A stretch of 64,000 nucleotides of DNA, taken from assembly GCA_964276515.1 (NCBI GenBank), contig OZ193909.1:8184001-8248000 (forward strand), read 5' to 3'. Shown here piece by piece: positions 56,761 through 64,000 of this stretch. This DNA is from Gordius albopunctatus (taxonomy: Eukaryota). The notes beneath the pieces are model-generated. The model was not told the DNA's origin and made no database searches. It saw only the letters and a program-made list of their open reading frames with translations. The translations under genes were made by a program, and so were the position numbers. The stretch's first letter is position 1, and the number at the start of each line of letters is the position of its first letter.

Positions 56761-57411
56761 TAATTGAAGGTTTACTAAATTTTTTTCGAGATTTGGTCAA
56801 GTCACGTTATATAGATTTAGTAAATAAAATAAAATTGCTTAAAAATTTTATATCGATCGACTTAAATATGAAGCTTATGCTTCTTAAATGAGGAATTCTT
56901 AATTAAGATATAAAAATAGTAAAATTATTTTTGGTGCCGCCAGGCCGTCTTACTATTTATACAATCTAAAATACATAAAATTCATACAATTATCGCTTTT
57001 TGTCCATAAAAAACTATTAAAAAATACAAGGTGTGTATATCACAGAATACCATAGATAGGCAGGGAATTTGAAAAATGTGTTATAAAAATAAAAACACAA
57101 TGTAGATGGCAGCATATTTCTAAATACACATGCATTAATTCTATCAAATAAAATGATAATTTATTAGAGACTAAAAATTTATAGATTATATACGTAATTT
57201 GCTATTAAAATAAATATATTTGAACTATTTTTATTATTATACTTAATAAATTTTTTTTGTTAGAGACTATAATTTAGTCTTGAAATTAAGATATAAAAAA
57301 TGAAGCATACTAGTTGAAACCTTGAGGTGACCTAACCTCGGACCTAAGGCTTTAAGGTTTTTTATATTAAAAACCTTGAGGTAGGTTAGGTTTGAGATTT
57401 AACCTAAACCT

Positions 57412-60361
57412 GATTCAGTGCCATTGGACGAAAAAGCAAAAAACAAATAAATGTCTACGGAAATGCATGAATGTTTATGCGCACCTTATAATCATACATT
57501 ATATTTACATTAAATAAAGAGGTAAGACGATATAATATAAATTCTATCATTGATGATCAAGTATAAATATAAATGTAAAATTAAAAGGAATATGATAAAA
57601 AAATCGTTTATGTTGGGAATGTTAGTGATGACTATATAAAATAAACTTAACTATATGTAGAAATTTTATGTTTATTTCTAATAATATACTTTTAATAGAA
57701 TTGATGTAGTTATATAAATGACTAAGATTAACTGCTATATTTTTGTTATATGGGTTAAAAGCATGAAAAATTTAAATAAGGTAAGACATGATAAATTTTA
57801 AACTTTTATTAAAATGTTAGTGATGCTGATGACTATATAAAATAAACTTGACAATGTGTAAATATTTTGTTCATTCCTGATAATATACTTTTAATAGAAT
57901 AGATGTAGTTATATAAATGACTAAGATTAACTGCTATATTTTTGTTATATGGGTTAAAAGTATGAAAAATTTAAATAAGGTAAGACATGATAAATTTTAA
58001 ATTGTTATTAAAATGTTAGTGATGATTATATAAAATAAAATTGACATAGTTTACATTCAAACTTTTAATAAGGTATATGTAATCTGCAAAATTTATTTCT
58101 AAGAAGGTATGTTTTATTTATATGTTATGTGATTGAATATACAAATAGTTGGATATATTGTCAATATATTCATTAACATCAACTTCGTTAGAGAGGTATG
58201 AAGACAGTAAACGATTGATATTTGCATTAATATTATTGTATTTTCTACTGGCAACATGTACTTGTTTACCCTGGGAAATGTGTAAAAGATTTACATCTGT
58301 AACGCCCTGATGTTTTATAATATGAGTAATAAATTCGTAAATAGGAGGGTGGGCCCGACCAATTAGGCACTTAATACCTTTGTGGAATCCCTCCAAATGA
58401 TTATTGGTGCGCGGTCCAACAGCATTCACCCTTTGCCAAATTTCATAGGGGAAACTGGCGCTAGGTCCAATCCATACATCATTGACATATACAAAAAAGA
58501 TCCTCATCTTTTGGTCAGCCATCACAAGAGGATCAAAAATGATAGCACTAAATATTCTCCGCACATCGGACTCGCAAGGTTAAAATTCGCCTTATATATT
58601 TTCTAAACTGTTCATTGTTATCATAATAGGTTTTGAGACCATCATTTGCCACTCTTCTGATGATAGCTTGTGTATAGTGGAAAAGGCACCCTATCTTTAA
58701 ATATATATGCAATATATGATAAATTATTACCCTTCACAATAATGCCTGGAAAACATTCTCGTAGAGCCTGCATGCTCGCCATTTCAAAATCAACCTGAAC
58801 ATAATTGGGTTTTAACTCTAAATTATGCTCACCACAAATCTCCTTTAATTTATTGAAAACAATCATATATGTTTCACATGATTTATCAGGCAATAGTGCA
58901 TAGATCACAGGAATCATATGACCCCTGTGATAAGTGTGAATTATATAAACCTAAAAATTTAGATTAAAAAAAATTACAATTGATATTACTTGATTAAATA
59001 GAGGGGGACACACATAATAAGTGCCATCTGAGTATAAGTTCCGGACTGAACACATGATGTTCAATAGTGTTAGTGTTCCAAAAATGAAGAGGCGATTGTC
59101 CCCGTTCCACAGCAAGAATCTTTCACCTTTCTTGGTAAAACAATGCTCTGGTTCTAGGAGAATGTCCCCATTGTTTTCTGGATCTTTCTTGGGTTTGGGA
59201 TTAACCCGTAGCATTGTATGTTTAACTGAGGCAAATGTGGGGGTTGCCTGCGGGTACAGGACAAGGTCAGATACCTCTTGCAATCTTTGAAAAATCACTG
59301 TATTATATATACTCCTCAAATTTTCTTTAGGCTCTGCCAAAACAGCAGCCTTTAAGTCCCGAAGAGTTATGAGGTACTCATAGTCACCTCTGGGAGGCTC
59401 GTGACTATGTGCTTGGGTAACAGTAGGAAAAGTTGTGATTTTGGCTTTTCCTGAACAGCCTTTGTTCCTACACCTATAATATGACAGATGGAGTTGTTGT
59501 CAGCTTGTTGTATAAGAAAGTCTCATAATATAACACAGAGCCATTATGGGATGGAATGAATTGCAAATTATCTAGAATAAAAAGAATAATATAATCAATC
59601 AACTGGTTTATGAATAAATGAACTTACAGTTGATGGTTGTTGGGATGGTTGAATATGATATTGCACTTAGAATGCTTTCTGCAGCAGAAGCCCTCATATC
59701 TAAAACAAGTGTAAAATTAACTTTTTTATAAATAAATTAACTTACAGTTGGTGGTGGTTGGGATGGTTGAATATGATATTGCACTTTGATTATTGATTGC
59801 TCTCACTTTTTTAATTAAATATAAAACATTGTTGATGTCCAATGTTTGTAGAGGTTGAGAAACCTGAGCATTATCAATAGATCCATTCATGTCCAATGTT
59901 TGTAGAGGTTGAGAAACCTGAGCATTATCAATACATCCATTCATGTCCAATGTTTGTAGAGGTTGAGAAACCTGAGCATTATCAATACATCCATAGTTTG
60001 GATAAGCTATTATGAAGATAATATATAATAATCATAAATATTACTTGTATGGGGAATTTCGTCGTGATTTCTTGTTATAGTAAAATTTTGTCTATGTAAA
60101 CCCCTCTCGAGGAGCATTTTCGTGTTCTAAACCTGTAATACACTTGTGAATACTTCCCTACATTCACTTTAATGTATTCATATTTTCCCGCAACTAAATA
60201 TGGTTGTCTTTTCTTCGATAAACAAAATTTAACAGACATTTGATCATTAAAAGAAGTGATATTGAACAGCCACGGTCTGATTGGTCAAAAAATATTTATA
60301 GACATATTATAGATATTCATAGACATTGGTTTTTTGCTTTTTTGTCCAATGCAACGATACG
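57412..60361 (-). mobile_element. Complete Mutator-like element with a frameshifted FLYWCH-MULE transposase
   Basis: TIR CATTGGACGAAAAAGCAAAAAAC / GTTTTTTGCTTTTTTGTCCAATG with a perfect 9-bp TSD CCTAAACCT (57403-57411, 60362-60370). Motifs YSDGTY, VDFE, GCLFHY, RTNNHLEGFH. Frameshifts near 59500 and 58580. Confidence 0.92.
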
Positions 60362-60685
60362 CCTAAACCTCACCTCAGGTTGACCTGAGGCCTCGAGTCC
60401 GGCGCGAATTGATATAAAGCAAACTATTTTTTTGCAAAATATGATTTGATTTTGAATCAACTCAACTCGATATTAAACTAGTGTCACCGTGCATAATGAT
60501 CCTTCGTATTGAATTTTTTTCAAATCACCTTTCCCCGATTCTGTTGACCACAATGTTCTTAACTTGGGTTTATGTTAAAAATATCAGATAAAACTCTTTG
60601 TTTGGTTTGTTGTAAGAGATGAAATATTTTGGATAGTGTTTTTATTACTTACTTCAACTCCAGACGCGACAACTGCTTGTTACTT

Positions 60686-60927
60686 GGTGCACGAGGCAGT
60701 ATACTAGCATATAAAAATGTTAAAAAGGCGGAGTCGAAAGCGAAACAGCAAAATGTGTTCAAGCAATGAGCAGATCGCGTCAGCAGAAACTAAACAGATA
60801 GCAGATTCAATAGAAGCAATTGCTATGAGTTAATAACTTTAAAAATCTGCTATCCAGTGAACAGATTTCGCTGCTTCGACTCAACCTCTTGAGCATTTTT
60901 ATATACTACTATACTGCTTGGTGCACC
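60686..60927. mobile_element. Palindromic MITE
   Basis: GGTGCACGAGGCAGTATACTAGCATATAAAAATG is mirrored by CATTTTTATATACTACTATACTGCTTGGTGCACC. Confidence 0.7.
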
Positions 60928-61099
60928 TAATAGCACGCATCATTGTGCGTGCACGAGAAAAGGACATAGTGAGCAGTGCTCACGTGAGGATTTTAACAAC
61001 ACTTCTTGTGGACTAGCTCTTGCATGTCCATGTCGGCCCTTTCGATTGTGAGTGCGATTTAAAGTATCTTAGGCGAGAGGACCATCCCTCTCATCACAA

Positions 61100-61410
61100 T
61101 TTGGATATAGCTCCGAAAATCAGCGGCCCGTGTCTACTATAGAACTTATTTTGCTATAGAAATCTAAAACTGACTCTTCAGTGTTTCTTTTTGAACGTAT
61201 CGGTTTTATCGCCGCGAACTTTGAGGTTGTCTTTTTAAATAGCTCTACCCAGCGCGCAGAAGATCTCATCCCAAATGGCGTCTCTAAATACTTTTGTATA
61301 CAGGAATCTGGATAGTTTCCTTAAATTAGGGGTATTTAAGAATGTTCTGATTAGCTTTTTCCTAGCCGCATAGGACGATAATTCTATAATATCTAGGCGA
61401 GAGTCCATTC
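61100..61410 (-). pseudogene. Possible retrotransposon gag fragment
   Basis: Short broken frames, including RNTEESVLDFYSKI, resemble the gag Q..ESV.DF motif. GC is higher than in the flanks. Confidence 0.3.
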
Positions 61411-61861
61411 TCGATTTTTTAAGGAATTTTAGATTATTTACAATAATATTTATTTATGAAACAAAAAGTTTGTCCATAAAATATAATTAACAATCTTAAA
61501 CCAATTTTTAGCGACCCCATCTATATTTGCGGTCACTTCCATTTAATTTTCAAGCATAAGACTTGTGCGATAAAAACATTGGAAAATGTATATATTTTTT
61601 TTGTTTCACATCCAAATGTCATATCCTTAAAGCAACATGCCCATTTCAAGTGCACTTTATATTAGTGTGGTTTTAGATAAATAAATAGTTACATTTACAA
61701 AGAATTGCATAGCAATTAATAAAATTAGGTCATATTAATTCTGTAAGAACCAAAAAATAATTTTACAGTTTAGACCCTTCAAAACGCTTATCCATACACA
61801 CTTCAATTTAAGAGCGGTAAATTCTAATCAGCTGCATCTATTTATTGCTATTTTTTTGGCA

Positions 61862-62442
61862 ATGGTTATAAAAATAAATATTTTCAGCTTTATTATCCTT
61901 ATTCATGTTGTTTTAAAGGGTATAAAATTTAATAACTCTAAAAAAATTTTATTAGCATATGCCTTACGTTGTTACAAATGCTCAAGTTTTACTGATCCAC
62001 GATGTAAAGATCCTTTTAATATCTTAACAAAAGAAGTTAATCCATGCGTTTCCAGTAGAGATCCTCAAGGACCTGTTAAATATTGCTTGAAAATGATTCA
62101 GGAAAGTAATATCAGTATTTTTATTAATTTACGAATCGTTTGATATTAGTTTTTTACATTATAATTGGATATAATATATTGATTTAAATTGAAGTTGAAA
62201 ATAGCAAAAGAATTATAAGAGAATGTGCTTGGTCTGGTCCTGAAAACGATACAAACAAAGAAGGGACTGATATTAGTGATTTGATAAACAATAAATGTTA
62301 CAAAGCTCAGGGCAGATATAAATCATCAACTACTTATTGTTATTGTAATGACAAAGATGGGTGCAACAACTCATATTTAATCATTTTTAACAAACACATT
62401 TTATTATTAAGCTTTATCATTGCATTTTTGTTATTTTTTTAA
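61862..62442 (+). CDS. Ly6/uPAR three-finger protein, quiver/sleepless-like, predicted secreted and GPI-anchored; 3 exons
   Basis: Signal peptide, ALRCYKCSS..DPRCKDPF, YCLKMIQ, IIRECAW, YCYCNDKDGCN and a hydrophobic tail. GT-AG introns of 36 nt and ~89 nt keep the frame. Confidence 0.88.
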
Positions 62443-64000
62443 AAATGTTTTTATATAGATTAAATATATTTGGTATACTTGAAAAATTTTATATCTTTTA
62501 ATTTCGAAATTTTTGTAAACTATTGCATACTTTTGGCATTAATCATAGACATCTCTCGATGCTAAAACTTTACTACGTTTTTTGATACTTGTTGATAAAA
62601 TATAATAAATGGATCAATTTTCATTAATAGATCTTTTTTAGTCAATTAAGGTAGACATATCTTATTTGCCAAGATAGTTGGTCCATATATTTATTTAATA
62701 AAGGATGTTAGATGGCTCATTTTGTGCTAATACAAAAAGCAATATCATTATAACATAATTATTAATTTAGAAAGTGAATCTAAAATTTTGGCATAAATCT
62801 TAAGAAATTTTTATGTCCCCTCTATCAATCTTTTTTAATGAGTCAATATGCATAATTCAAATTTTTACAAAAAGAAAGTAATTTGTTGTAGAGATCCTAA
62901 TATTTAAATAGTTTAACAAACAGAATATTTTAAAATTTTATGCATTTTGAATGTGTGTGGTTTATATTTGATATAAAACATTTTTGGAGCTTTGTATTTT
63001 GTTGACCAATGAAACAATCATAATTTTGTTTTGTATTTTACGGAATAATGTCCTGTTTTAAATGTCAAAGTTGACTATTTTAATATAATTTGTAAAGAAA
63101 TTATTTATAACAGTTACATCCGAATTGTAATACTTTCTATTGCAATTTACGCTTTTTTAACACTTCATGCCGTAATTCAGAGGTCAGATTTGTTTAGAAT
63201 TTTCTGCCCAAATCTAGCCTAGTTCAATTTTTAATAGATTATCACTAAGCTAATAATTTCAAACTAAATATCTAATTTTATCTAATATATTTTATTCGAC
63301 AGTTTCAAATAAAAAAGCTTTTTAAAATAATTACCTGTTTTATTTCTAAAGTTCTAACGTTGTGGCGTAGCTAGCCTTTTTGCCTTTGGGGGGGGGGCTG
63401 AGCGGGGTCAAACCATGGGCATAGGTAGGGGGGACAAAATGTTAAATACAAAAACCCTTAAAAATGAAAAAAAATATATATTTTATTTACCCCCCCCCCA
63501 GTTGAACTTAAAACATTTTTGCCTCCTCCCCTTATCCAAAACCTGGATATGCCCATGGGTCAAACTCAATTCAAAATTTTTTCCCTTATGAACGTTGGAC
63601 AAATTTTTAATTCTGCTACTACTTTGTGTATTTTTTCTATAACATCCCACTGGTATGTCTCCGACCCTCATGTTTATAAGGCATAAAAAAATTATTCATA
63701 AATAAAACAAAATAATGTAGTAAAGAATATAGAAAATTTCACATGGTATAATAAGTTTTTGTATAAATGAATTGTAAGGGCACAAAGTGGAACAGGGATA
63801 TTGACAAAAATCTTTGACATTTCTAAAAATGATACAAATAGTAAAAAAACTATACAACAAAGTTTTTATACAAATCTTTTATTGCCACAGCCCCAAAAAA
63901 TCTTGCCATATATAACAAATTTTAATTTTACGTATGCAATATGGGCAACATTTTCAGGCAGCCTTTATATCGGGAAAACAATGACAACATTTAAAAGCCT

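Overview
AT-rich eukaryotic (probably protostome invertebrate) genomic DNA, not prokaryotic. Three host genes are supported: a ~25-exon ZSWIM8 (5020-24349, +, first exon(s) probably upstream of the window), a compact ZDHHC6 (39657-41058, -) with mostly 33-37-nt introns, and a Ly6/quiver-like three-finger gene (61862-62442, +). The rest is a dense, often nested set of mobile elements: RTE LINEs, hAT/pogo MITEs, a foldback palindrome, Helentron-associated(HINE)-like repeats, two FLYWCH-MULE transposases, a Tigger remnant and two tandem decayed Gypsy copies. Two observations stand out. (1) The 118-bp 'satellite' at 45111-47200 reads on the minus strand as a tandem exon(84 nt)+intron(34 nt) cassette that splices in frame from an ATG at 47296 into an apparently intact MULE transposase, which would add ~17 copies of a 28-aa repeat. 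(2) A GC-rich gag + RT-RNase H retroelement at 29415-31999 has no visible recombinase, integrase or LTRs, and its RT/RH motifs look hepadnavirus-like (HEART/DIRS-type). All alignments, counts and gene models were made by eye, and family comparisons are from memory; no searches were run.
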